A stretch of DNA of 32,226 nt from Octopus bimaculoides (lineage: Eukaryota). Numbering within the stretch: the first letter of the stretch is position 1; the number at the start of each line of letters is the position of its first letter. The position numbers and the translations under genes were made by a program. This document shows positions 1 to 10,546 of this stretch, in pieces. The notes beneath the pieces were generated by a model. The model had not been told where the DNA came from. It saw only the letters and a program-made list of their open reading frames with translations, and searched no databases. The stretch spans positions 9,027,571 through 9,059,796 of the forward strand of contig NC_068992.1 of the NCBI RefSeq assembly GCF_001194135.2, given 5' to 3'.

Positions 1-100
1 ATATACATATATGTATATACACAATACACACACACACACACACACAGATAGATCAATAGATAGATAGATAGATAGATAGGCAGGCAGGCAGGTAGGTAGG
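1..100. repeat. Compound microsatellite (TA/CA/GATA/GGCA/GGTA)
   Basis: Read directly from the sequence. Confidence 0.95.
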
Positions 101-316
101 ATTAAAAAGTTCAGGCAGATACCAATAAAGCTTTTATGCATACATTACACAGTCTTATACAGACGAAACTGTACTTACAATTACACTAGGATGCATATCT
201 AACAGTGTGCAGTCAATGCAATTGAAATGCACATAGGCCCAGAAGAGAATGCTGTATATAACTGTTTAATAAAATTATAGATGTGAAAAAAATCTCTGTT
301 CTCCTTATCATTATTG

Positions 317-409
<93 letters not shown>
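317..409. repeat. Compound (TA)n(TG)n(TC)n(TA)n microsatellite
   Basis: Read directly; it accounts for ORF 199..429. Confidence 0.95.
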
Positions 410-410
<1 letters not shown>

Positions 411-600
411 TAGCAGTATAGCCCAGCATTGCCCAGGATTAAGTTTATTAAGCTAATCAAGCACGTTGTTTCAATCCAAACTAAGTAACACCAACATGAA
501 ATTTGAGCAAAATTCGTTGAAATTGATAAATGTTTGGTAATATACATACACGCACACATACTTTATTTCTGTTTTGTATTTTTGTGTGTATATATGAAAG
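409..600 (+). mobile_element. Non-autonomous Helitron/Helentron (DINE/HINE)-like element remnant
   Basis: Begins ACTAGCAGTATAGCCCAGCATTGCCCAGG directly after a (TA)n run, then AAATTTGAGCAAAATTCG and a CATACA tract. This layout resembles invertebrate DINE-1/Lep1-type elements from memory. A similar start occurs at 30072. Confidence 0.45.
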
Positions 601-1239
601 ACAGAGAAAAAGACAAAAGAATTGTAATGTCTGCTTAACAGTTGTTGCTGCCTTCAAGAGAGCATATATGAGAAAGAGATATAATGAGATAGAGAGAGAG
701 AGGTGGGGACAGACAGAAAGAGAAAATGCGAGAGACCGGTGTGAGAACTGTCTTTCAATAACCTTGCCGAGAGGTAAAGTGTCTGGCCACGTTAAAAGAG
801 TCTCTCAAAAGAGTTTAGAACAAAAGTTCTTGACTGCTCTCTCTGCATTTTGGTATGTAAAATACTAAGAGCAGCAGTACATCTCTGATGTTTGCCAACA
901 ACTTCTCACAACTGCCACATGATATTGGTTAGAATAACGGTAAAAAGGTAGGTCTATCTGTTAGTATTGGTATTTAGCATTTGCAGTTATCTTATTACGA
1001 AATATGACATTGTTAATTAGACATTTTTCTATTTATAGAAGGATGATAAAGGCTCAGTTTCTAGGAGAGATGACCTGTTATATTTTTGTATATGTAAAAA
1101 GTTGATAGTAACAATAGAGACATTAGTTTCTCTCTATCACCTTTCAACAAAATTATATATTAAGAAACAGTAGAACAATTAACAACATAATAAAAATAAG
1201 TCTTATTTTGGTGATGCTTGTCTTTACAAATCTTGTGTC

Positions 1240-1530
1240 ATTCAGCCTAGCAGCCGCTGGTTAACTTGTAATCGGCATCTGGATATTAAGAGCTTCGTTG
1301 AGGCATGCCAAAGGATCAAGTATTTGTAACGTCGAAAGCATCGCGCTAAAGAGGCTTAGAAAGTGCGCAAAGCACTTTAAGTACTGGTTTTACTATGCAT
1401 GCGCACTCGAGGGGCTTCTGGGAAGGCAAGTCCCTTGCGGCCATAATTTCGTGCCACTACATATATAATATGAGGCAAAATCATGACTGTGTGGTCAAAA
1501 TGGTTTGTTTTTCAACTACAATTTCAAGTT
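1240..1530. promoter_or_regulatory. CpG-enriched promoter-like patch with NRF1-like and ZNF143/Staf-like motifs
   Basis: About a dozen CpGs in ~210 bp of otherwise CpG-poor DNA. TGCATGCGCA at 1396-1405; minus-strand ACTTGCCTTCCCAGAAGCCCCTCG at 1408-1431; ACTACAATTTCAAG at 1515-1528. Not similar to any repeat elsewhere in the window. Confidence 0.4.
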
Positions 1531-1690
1531 GTATCCTATTACATGATTCTTTGGGTACATGCTATGCCTCTTACTAAAGCCTCTGCCTGACCAATGCCTT
1601 ATGAAGGAAATTTGCTGTCTGGAAACTGTATGGAAGCTTGTTGTTTACACACACACGCACACACACATGTATGTAAGTATATGTAGACAA

Positions 1691-1847
1691 CAAGCTTTCA
1701 GTTTCCATCGACCAAATCCACTCTCAAAGCTTTGGTTGGCCTGAGGCTATAGTAGAAAAGACTTGCCCAAAGTGCCATGCAGTGCAACTGAACCTGAAAC
1801 CATGTGGTCGGGAAGCCAGCTTCTTACCACACAGCCACACCCACACC
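1691..1847 (-). mobile_element. SINE family A, 5' half (tRNA-like head, CORE-like CTTGGGCAAGTGTCTT block)
   Basis: Aligns by eye to the full copies at 13223-13666 and 22608-23015. Confidence 0.85.
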
Positions 1848-2719
1848 TATATCTGTGTGTGTGTGTGTGAATAAATACACACATACACACACACACATAC
1901 ACACATATGTATGATACATGATATATAGTACTTTTGAATTATATGTCACTTTAAGATACCGCAGAAATGAAAAAGTGCCAAAATTTACCATGATGCTTAA
2001 TATAAATAATATTCTTGAATGTATGTGTTGGTGGGTTTGTATATATCTTGAAAATAAACTGAGATGTTAATATCTATAAGCAGACTGATTTATATCCTTA
2101 TACACTGCTGGTAATGCTATAAAAATATTGTAATCCATATATATAGAATTGTACAATAAATATATACAGCTGTACATATATACAACTGTACAATAAATAT
2201 AAAACATAATTATATACTATATACACAAACTTGAGCAATAACATCACCAAGCTTATTATTTACTCTAAAACATACAAAATTATTCTCGCATATATGAATA
2301 AAATACAAAAATGGATGGAAAATGTAAGCAAATCAAAACTGAAGGTAATAAAATCTGCTTATCATAAATTTCTGTCATTTAATAATGTTTTTCATAAGCC
2401 ATATGGGAGCTCACACACACACACATGCATACACATACACTCATGCATGCATACACACACACACACATGCACGCACATGCATACTCATCTCTTCTCTTCT
2501 CCTACTTGTAGGTTATATACATATGTATCAAGACTATGTTCAAGTTTGATCTTTTTATGAAGGATTTTTCATATTTTGTTATTGGCCCTTTATGTTCATT
2601 TTGAAACATTAGCATTCCCAAATCTTTAAATCTACTAATGCTTCAAAGGGATCTCAGTTCCATTCTTGGAATGAAACTATTGCAGAATGGTATGGTGCTG
2701 ATCTGGTTGTCTGGCTCAG

Positions 2720-2880
2720 TTATGGCTGTGTGGTAAGAAGTTTACTGCCCAACCAGGTGGTGTGGTGCCTTGGTTCAGTCCCACTGTATGGTACCTTGAA
2801 CAAGTGTCTTCTACTATAGCCCCAAGCCAACCAAACTGTTTGACTGGATTTGGTAAATATAAACTGAAAGGAATTTGTCT
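2720..2880 (+). mobile_element. SINE family A, degenerate 5' half
   Basis: TGGCTGTGTGGTAAGAAG...CCTTGAACAAGTGTCTTCTACTATAGCC...GGATTTGGTAAATATAAACTGAAAG matches the 22608 copy. Confidence 0.8.
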
Positions 2881-3743
2881 TATATACATATATGCAGTGG
2901 TGAGCACAGTTTCACTCATCCACTAACAGCTAATTAGTGAAGTTAACTTTTCCTTTAGTGGATTCACATTTTCACTAACTGATTGTGTGTAGACTTCAAT
3001 TTATATACCTACTCAATTGAGAAATATACAAGTGAATATTTATTTCTGACTTATAAATTCTTAGATCGCTTACACAATCTCACATACTACAGCATGAATT
3101 ATAATAGGTTGTCCATGTCTTTTGTGTGTGTGTTGAGACCACTGCTTCAGAGGAATCCCATTTTAGCCACATGTATTTGCAATCATACCTTTTCAGTCAG
3201 TACCCAACATTGATGACCGTAGGTGAAAATAGGCACAAAAACTGAATTGTAGAAAGTAGGTTTGGCTTTTTTTTTAACAATTTCTCTACCTGTACACACA
3301 CACACACACATGCAATACACTTCCTCATCGTTTCCTGTCACCCAAATTTCATTTTCAAGGCTTTGGTCTGGGTAGTCTTTTACGGCATTTCAGTCATGCA
3401 TAAAATATTTATAGTGAATTAAGTTCAAAGAGAGGTCGCCTCCCGCTTTATTCAAATTGCACACTCCTTTTTATTAGACAATTATGTGCATAATTTTTGT
3501 TTGCAACTTTTTACTTAAACCAGAATAATAATCTTGAAAATGTAACTAGGCAATGTCGAACAGTCAGCCAGTACAAATAACAGTATACAAAAGAAAAAGC
3601 ATTGAATAGAGTTTATAACAGGTGTAATAGTTCATCCGGCAGCTTACTATACTCTTGAAATTAATTAGTATTTTTGTTAATAGGCTTTGTATGAATTATA
3701 TGAATTTAATCATTCATGTGTTACTGAATTCATGGAATTTAAA

Positions 3744-3745
<2 letters not shown>

Positions 3746-3785
<40 letters not shown>

Positions 3786-3795
3786 CATACATACA

Positions 3796-3835
<40 letters not shown>

Positions 3836-4165
3836 NNNNNNNNNNNNNNNNNNNNNNNNNNNNNNNNNNNNNNNNNNNNNNNNNNNNNNNNNNNNNNNNN
3901 NNNNNNNNNNNNNNNNNNNNNNNNNNNNNNNNNNNNNNNNNNNNNNNNNNNNNNNNNNNNNNNNNNNNNNNNNNNNNNNNNNNNNNNNNNNNNNNNNNNN
4001 NNNNNNNNNNNNNNNNNNNNNNNNNNNNNNNNNNNNNNNNNNNNNNNNNNNNNNNNNNNNNNNNNNNNNNNNNNNNNNNNNNNNNNNNNNNNNNNNNNNN
4101 NNNNNNNTATATATATATATATATATATATATTACGTAATATATATATGATATATATATATATAT
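3746..4165. repeat. (TG)n/(TA)n microsatellite spanning an assembly gap
   Basis: Read directly; N run at ~3837-4107. Confidence 0.9.
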
Positions 4166-4224
4166 GTAAATTGACAGAAGATGTAGTTATACACCCCAAC
4201 CACTTTCACCATTGCTATCTTAAC

Positions 4225-4770
4225 CCCTGTTTTGCTTTACATTCATGGAGAGGTGCGCCTTCTCCAGCACTGTGTGTCATCACTTGTTGCAGTTCGTCAT
4301 CATTTCCTTCCTGAAGTCAAGCTCCCTGGGATCTAGCATCACTGCTTTGTCACATATTTTCCTTAGTTCTCCTTCTTCATAGGTTCCATTTTTTTTTTGT
4401 CCCCTTTGCACTTATGCAATTGAAATGCATCCTCCATGTAAATTACATTGCCATACCAGTGTTGGTTTCCCACTTAGACACTGAGTCTGATATTGCTTAC
4501 AGCCATCTTTTCACTCAGTGTATTTGTGTACACTAACATTACACATTCAGCAGAGCATGTTCACTTCATTTCTTTTTAGCTTTCACAAATCCTCTACATT
4601 TAAGGCCTGCCTCTTGCTACCAAGGAGTATCACATTTTGTATACAAGCATCATACAATTTTCCCCCCTATCTATACTAAAAGAGAAATTCTGTTATCAGC
4701 TGAGGTAATAGCTCACTGAATTTTTTCTATCCCATTCTTGTTCTGACTTGCTTCAAATACCCAAGGGTGA
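4225..4770 (-). mobile_element. Decayed RTE-clade LINE, C-terminal RT region
   Basis: Minus-strand translation gives YDACIQNVILLGSKRQALNVEDL*KLKRNEVNMLC*MCNVSV, then GTYEEGELRKICDKAVMLDPRELD...VLEKAH. This resembles the RTE motifs Y..CV..VMLYGSETW...E..MLRWMC and G.RGRPRKTW. Stops are present. Confidence 0.75.
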
Positions 4771-4814
4771 GTGGACATCTTGAACCATGCAATGAATTAA
4801 GGCTACCAACCAAA

Positions 4815-4960
4815 TTTTTGTCTTTCAAATTTCACTCACAGCACTCTACTCGATCTGAGGTTATATTAGAATACACTTTGTCCAAGGTACTATGCAGTAG
4901 GATTGAATCCAAAAACCATGTAATTACGAGGCAAACTTTTTAAGTACACAGCCACACCCA
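4815..4960 (-). mobile_element. SINE family A, highly degenerate 5' half
   Basis: CAAATTTCACTCACAG...CACTTTGTCCAAGGTACTATGCAGTAGGATTGAATCC...ACACAGCCACACC. Confidence 0.65.
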
Positions 4961-5356
4961 TTCCTGCTTTTTATTCTTATGGAACCAATATTCCTGTTTA
5001 CTGCTAATGGATATGCAATAAGAGAGAAGAATGTAGTTATTATGTGATGTGTACGATGTATAATATGACATAAAATTGGTCAAACATCAAGCATAAAACG
5101 TTTGAAGAAATGGATGATAACATTAATCTCCCTCAATTACCATTCAGAAGTCATGAATTTGCTTTATAGATCTGATTCTCTGGGTGGTGATTGGTGAACC
5201 TTCATTTTTAATGTTGTGTTCAGTATTTTTTTGATAAGTAGGTATAGGATAATAAAGTTAAAAGCTTTTCTGATTAATATAGTCTTTAGCATTTTACTTG
5301 ATGTGCGAAGTTGCTAATTTTAAATACATCTTATATAAGTTGATTGAGTTTATAAA

Positions 5357-5401
<45 letters not shown>

Positions 5402-5883
5402 CATACACACATACATACATATATGGAAAATTGAACAGAACGATTAGAAACATATTTAATGGTGAATCTGATAGAACTAGGGAAAAAGAAAAATGCCGTT
5501 TATTCGATGAATATAGCTTTCTAGAAATTTCTTTAGCATCATTGAAATCTGTAATATTGTAATAAAAGTGTAATAAGACGCTGTGCCATAAGTATTTCTA
5601 TTTGGCTGGAATATTCTCATAGCTTTACGTAGCTTCTATTTTCTTGGTATTTGGCAGAAACACCTAGAAGAAATTGAATATGGTAATGTTTTTATTCTTT
5701 GGTGTCTTTGGTGTTGTATGAAATGTTTTTAGCTCTTGTTACTGCTGAATAGTTTCGCATTGCTTTTCTTACGTATATTGCAAGGAAGGGGACTAAGTGG
5801 TAAATACAGAGTAAAATAAGTAAATGTGATGCTTGATTTGTAATGTTGGTTTGTTATGTTTTGTGAATATTTGCTTATAATAG

Positions 5884-5962
5884 TAATAATGATAATAATA
5901 ATAATAATAATAATAATGATAATTATTATTATTATTATTATTATTATTATCATCATCATCAT
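5884..5962. repeat. (AAT)n immediately followed by (ATT)n/(ATC)n: self-complementary microsatellite
   Basis: Read directly; arms at ~5884-5917 and ~5922-5955. Confidence 0.9.
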
Positions 5963-6029
5963 AATTAGTATTGTTATTTACACTCATCCTTCATGTCTCT
6001 AAAGATGACCAAATTGTCAGCTTTACACT

Positions 6030-6605
6030 TTGTGGGCCCTGTGGGCTTATTAGTTTTCATATTCTGAGTTCAGTGGAGGCGCAATGGCCCAGTGGTTAGG
6101 GCAGCGGACTCGCGGTCATAGGATCGCAGTTTCGATTCCCAGACCGGGCGTTGTGAGTGTTTATTGAGCGAAAACACCTAAAAGCTCCACGAGGCTCCGA
6201 CAGGGATGGTGGCGAACCTTGCTGTACTCTTTCACCACAACTTTCTCTCACTCTTACTTCCTGTTTCTGTTGTGCCTGTAATTCAAAGGGTCAGCCTTGT
6301 CACACTGTGTCACGCTGAATATCCCTGAGAACTACGTTAAGGGTACACAGTGTCTGTGGAGTGCTCAGCCACTTGCACGTTAATTTCACGAGCAGGCTGT
6401 TCCGTTGATCGGATCAACTGGAACCCTCGACGTCGTAAATGACGGAGTGCCAACAACAACAAATTCTGAGTTCAAAATCTGTTGATGTCAAGTTTGACTT
6501 TCATTCTTTCGGGGTTAATGAAATAAGGGCTAGTTCAGCACTAGGCTACATCGACCAGCCCCATGTCGCAAAATTTCAGGCTTTATGCCTGCAGTAGAAA
6601 GGACT
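6030..6605 (+). mobile_element. Old SINE family B copy split by the family C insertion
   Basis: TTCTGAGTTCA before the insert continues as AAATCTGTTGATGTCAAGTTTGACTTTCATTCTTTCGGGG after it, matching the 6811-7025 copy. Confidence 0.75.
6073..6462 (+). mobile_element. Full-length young tRNA-derived SINE (family C) with 12-bp TSD
   Basis: A-box TGGCCCAGTGG and B-box GTTTCGATTCC; V-domain-like TTGAGCGAAAACAC block; 3' stem-loop at 6399-6424; (CAA)n tail; ATTCTGAGTTCA repeated at 6061-6072 and 6463-6474; CpGs retained. Confidence 0.92.
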
Positions 6606-6810
6606 GCTGTTGTTCTGTTGCTATACATGTGTTTATATGAATTATGTACACGTGTATATGAGTGTGTACATCTGTGCATGCCTCTGTGTGTGTGCGTGTG
6701 TGTGTGTGTATGTATGTGTATTATAACTATTTGCAATAGGTTTCATGAACAAAGTAGAAATTGCATTACATGTTATGTAGAGTAAGTATATTTATTATAA
6801 TATACAGGTT

Positions 6811-7025
6811 TAAGGTGGCGAGGTAGCACAATTGTTAGCACGCCAGGCAAAATGCTTAGCGGTATTTTGTCAGCCACTACATTCTGAGTTCAAATTCTGC
6901 CAAAGTCAACTTCACTTTTCTTCCTTTCGGGGTCGATAAATCAAGTACCAGTTGAGTACTGGGGTCGATGTGATCAACTGTCCCCCTCCTTGCAAAATCC
7001 AGGCCTTGTGCCTATAGTACAACTG
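6811..7025 (+). mobile_element. Full-length SINE family B (Meta/MESC-like core) with 17-bp TSD
   Basis: ATTATAATATACAGGTT at 6794-6810 and 7026-7042; B-box GAGTTCAAATTC; core CCTTTCGGGGTCGATAAATCAAGTACCAG. The Meta/MESC assignment is from memory. Confidence 0.88.
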
Positions 7026-7143
7026 ATTATAATATACAGGTTAAAAATGGCTGCTGTCTTTAAGTTTCATGCTCAAACTTGAATAAAATTATTTGCTGTG
7101 ATTTATTCTGATGATTGTTTTGTTGGCATGAGGCTTATATAAA

Positions 7144-7174
<31 letters not shown>

Positions 7175-7395
7175 GAATAAATTTGTGTGTGTGTGTGTGT
7201 AATGAACTACATATATAACGCAGTTGAATATGGACAAATTACCATAGAATTTTTTAGCTCAATTTAGTTATTGATTATTGGTTACTGAAATGAGTGTATT
7301 GAAGTATCAAAATATCAGCAATTTGTCTTCTGCCCAGTCTTTTAAACTGTGCACACACACACAGTTTATCAGGAACATTTACATGGTCACTCAAA

Positions 7396-7565
7396 CTGTT
7401 AGAAATAGCAGCTAAATCTTCAAATTACATCATATCATTTTAAATAAGGAAAGAATGCCTTAAACGAATAATATTTTCTCATATACTGATGATAAGATGG
7501 TCAGAAGTTCATTGTATCTAGGAAGAAGACAGGACGGTCACAGCTGAAAGGACATTGACCATAAA
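7396..7565 (+). mobile_element. Repeat family E fragment (TAGAAATAGCAGCCAAAT motif)
   Basis: The motif recurs at ~8150-8290(-), 9070-9175, 12160-12365(-), 18818, 19275-19370, 23690-23790(-), 25630-25718, 27690-27890(-) and 30440-30565. Confidence 0.6.
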
Positions 7566-7629
7566 TCTCCTCAGTTAGATTCATTTGGAGCTGAACAACA
7601 ATAATGACAACAGCAACATTTCTCTATTT

Positions 7630-8059
7630 CACGTCGTCTCCTTCATTGGACACGAAACTCAGCTTGCGAAGACTTATTGGGGCAAGCGAAAGCGAAATTG
7701 TGATGGCACCTGTGCCCAGCGTCGCCTTTCTGGCACTTGTGCCCGTGACATGTGTAAGGATTTTTGAGCGAGATTGTTGCCCCTGGACTGACTCTTGTGC
7801 GGGTGGCACATAAAATACACCATTTTGAGCGTGGCCGTTGCCAGTACCGCCTGACTGGCCCTCGTGCCGGTGGCACGTAAAAGCACCCACTACACTCTCT
7901 GAGTGGTTGGCATTAGGAAGGGCATCCAGCTGTAGAAACTCTGCCAAATCAGATTGGAGCCTGGTGTAGCCATCTGGTTTCACCAGTCCTCAGTCAAATC
8001 GTCCAACCCATGCTAGCATGGAAAGCAGACGTTAAACGACGACGATGATGATGATGATG
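7630..8059 (+). mobile_element. Family D non-autonomous RTE-related retroposon (Ceph-SINE-like), long copy
   Basis: GTTGGCATTAGGAAGGGCATCCAGCTGTAGAAA block; 3' end CCAACCCATGCTAGCATGGAAAGCAGACGTTAAA followed by (GAT)n; internal repeated TGGCAC..GTGCC units. Five shorter copies occur in the window. Confidence 0.85.
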
Positions 8060-8471
8060 TCTGTAGATGAAATTGGATTGAAAGGCTCTATAAGAATTGT
8101 ATTCAAAAAGGATATATTAAAAAATTCAATATCTTACCCTTTTTGAAATAATATGGTGTAACTGAGGAAGATTTTGTTGCAGACGCATTTTCAGACATAG
8201 TTTATCTAGGACTATATTACCAGATGTGTTCCTTCCTTTTTAAGAAGGTAGCATATGAATGAGGAAGATTATGCTGTCTTCTCATGTCCAGATATAAAAT
8301 GTTAGCAACTACAACATTCAATATATCTTTCTAAGACTTCAATATCTCCCAAACAGCTTTGCACCTGAATAATAGCATTGGTGATAATGTTTTATGATTA
8401 GCATTCGAAATGATTGAAACTAAACACATTAATCAAATATTAAATATTATCCATACTCATGTTGATATTCA

Positions 8472-8815
8472 GTGACCTTTAGCCTCTCGAAAATTCCAGT
8501 CACATTTGAAGATGCCCTTTCAATCTTTGATGCTCAGTTGTCAAAGTTAGTTCATGTCATTCTTTCAAGACACAAATGGTTTATAAATTATCAGACGCCA
8601 GATGAATCAATCATTGATTTTTATCAAATGCATTCATATTATTGTAGAACACAGTTTCAGTATCTAAGAATCTATTTCTGAAGGCAGTGTAACAGAATTT
8701 CCTTATCTATGATGTTTAAAACAAACTATAAGAGATGCTGTGGTTGCAAGAATTATATCTAATGATATTCATGCAACTCTATTAGAATTTGGACAGCACA
8801 ATTATTTCATTATAT
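8472..8815 (+). mobile_element. Decayed Gypsy-type gag fragment
   Basis: FEDALSIFDAQLSKLVHVILSRHKWFINYQTPDESIIDFYQ, then after a frameshift LKQTIRDAVVARIISNDIHATLLE. This resembles the gag pattern ERHKF...Q...ESI..F...IRD.FI.GL.S..IR..LLE. Confidence 0.55.
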
Positions 8816-9171
8816 GAATTTATTCTAAAGTGAATTCAAGTCTGAACTCTCATATAATATTTTACGATTAGATTGTTTAAATCAGTGCAAGTATCACCTC
8901 AAAATAGCAAAGAAAGTTAATTTCAATTTGGAATGAAAATTGTTAATTGTGATTTTTTTTAGACTCATAAAGTACCTATGAATAAGTGTCCTACAAAAAT
9001 ATTTGCATTGTCACAAATGTAGAAAAAGTATTAGGTTATATTATCCTATGCACAAAATATCCCAATTTGATCACAGGCCTGTTTGATTAGGGCTTATCTA
9101 GAGCTAAAAACAACGATTACCTCAACAGAATGAGCAGCTAGAAATAACATCCAAATTTCCCTTAATTCACA

Positions 9172-9243
9172 CCTATCTATGTTTGAACATAAACAAGTTA
9201 GATATTTTGGCCAGATATGACCAGTTTAAATGCTAAAGAATTA
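9172..9243 (-). mobile_element. TTAA-ended MITE, one terminus
   Basis: Reverse complement (TTAATTCTTTAGCATTTAAACTGGTCATATCTGGCC...) matches 18550-18620. Confidence 0.75.
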
Positions 9244-9357
9244 ATGTATTTCTCAGACAGAATTTTCATGGACCTTTGAACTACAGATTTGTAGTTTTAC
9301 CAGCTACATGACAGCCTCACTAGAGCTGGTAGTATGAAAAAAGCACCCAGTACATGT

Positions 9358-9472
9358 TGTAAAAGGCAAAGTCGACCTCAGCGGAATTGGAACTCAGAGC
9401 ATAAAGACCGACGAAATACCACTAAGCATTTCGCTTGGTGTGCTAATGTTTCTGTCAGCTCACCACCGCCTT
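9358..9472 (-). mobile_element. SINE family B, 5' part
   Basis: Reverse complement of AAGGCGGTGGTGAGCTGACAG...GAGTTCCAATTCCGCTGAGGTCGACTTTGCC. Confidence 0.85.
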
Positions 9473-10229
9473 ACAAGACAAGACATATTATGAAAGAAGA
9501 CACAGTTAATGAAATACTTATTTGTCCCTCCCAGAGCAGGTAAAAGCAAATTCAACACCTGCAGAATTTGAACTAAAAAAAAAATGGAAGAAGAAACAGA
9601 AGACTAAATTCTTCAAGGAATTTCATCTGTCATTCTACCAATGCTCTAACTCACCATTCTCTTTGCGTGTGTGTGTGTGTGCGCGTTTGTGCGTGTGTGT
9701 GTGTGTGCGCGCGTTTGTGCGTGTGTGTGCGTGTGTGTGTTTATTTAAATGTAAACCATTTAGACAGACACTTGTTAGTTTTTGCTGTCTCCACTTTCAT
9801 ATCACATTATAAAGTAATATTGATTTGCAGCCTGGGCAGAAGGCCACGATTATTTGAGAGAAGGTTAAGTCAATTATATTGACTTCATTATTTATTTTAT
9901 CGACTCCGAAAATATGAAAGGTAATACTGACCCTTGTAGTATTTGAACTCAGTATACAGGGGCGGAACAGAATAAGGGTGTTGACCCTTTTAATATCAAC
10001 AACTAAAGGAAAACAAGTTGGGTTTCACGACACTATGGATTTGCATCTGGAAATTTCCTCTTTAAGATGCAGGCTTGCGTAAGGATTTCTATGGAAGCCC
10101 AGCAGTTACAAAAGAATGCAAATCTCCTCTCCCTCTGTTACTGATGTTGTCTAAGGCAAGGACCAATATACCTAGGTGTTGCTGTCCTCACAGAGTTGCC
10201 ATCAGAACATAAAGAGCAGGAATAGATAC

Positions 10230-10410
10230 TACAAGACATCTTGTCTGATACTCTATCAATTCTACCAGTCAACCTCCCTGGTACTTTATTTATCGACCAT
10301 AAAAGGATAAAACACTTGGCAGGATTTGAACTCTGAGAACATTGAGCTAGAATGATTAACTGCAAAATATTCTATCTTATGCAACTCAGCCAATTCACCA
10401 CCTCAACAAT
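10230..10410 (-). mobile_element. Degenerate SINE family B-like copy
   Basis: GGTACTTTATTTATCGACCATAAAAGGAT...GGATTTGAACTC. Confidence 0.6.
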
Positions 10411-10546
10411 GTTACAAAGAATGAAAGCATTAATGTATAAGGCTGGAAAGTTAAAGAAGTGATTTCAAATTCTCAATCGCATGATAATGCTAATAATATA
10501 GCCTGAAGAGGATAAACTACCCCTATTTTGCAGAAAAAAGTGTAGG

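Noticed and set aside
1140-1345. Minus-strand ORF with a hydrophobic segment downstream of the promoter-like patch
   Set aside because: Interrupted by stops; the hydrophobicity reflects T-rich DNA.
1364-1373. U4 snRNA (minus-strand GCTTTGCGCA)
   Set aside because: Only 10 nt match; the following U4 sequence and Sm site are absent.
3655-4314. Long ORFs spanning N runs (also 14150-15053, 23152-23561, 25934-26671, 29657-30224)
   Set aside because: Their length comes from Ns translated as X and from flanking microsatellites.
6076-6150. Genuine tRNA gene
   Set aside because: It is the head of a SINE: it continues into a conserved body, has a tail and TSD, and has no terminator or proper acceptor stem.
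7585-7983. Cluster of overlapping ORFs on both strands
   Set aside because: They lie within the GC-rich family D retroposon; no recognisable domain.
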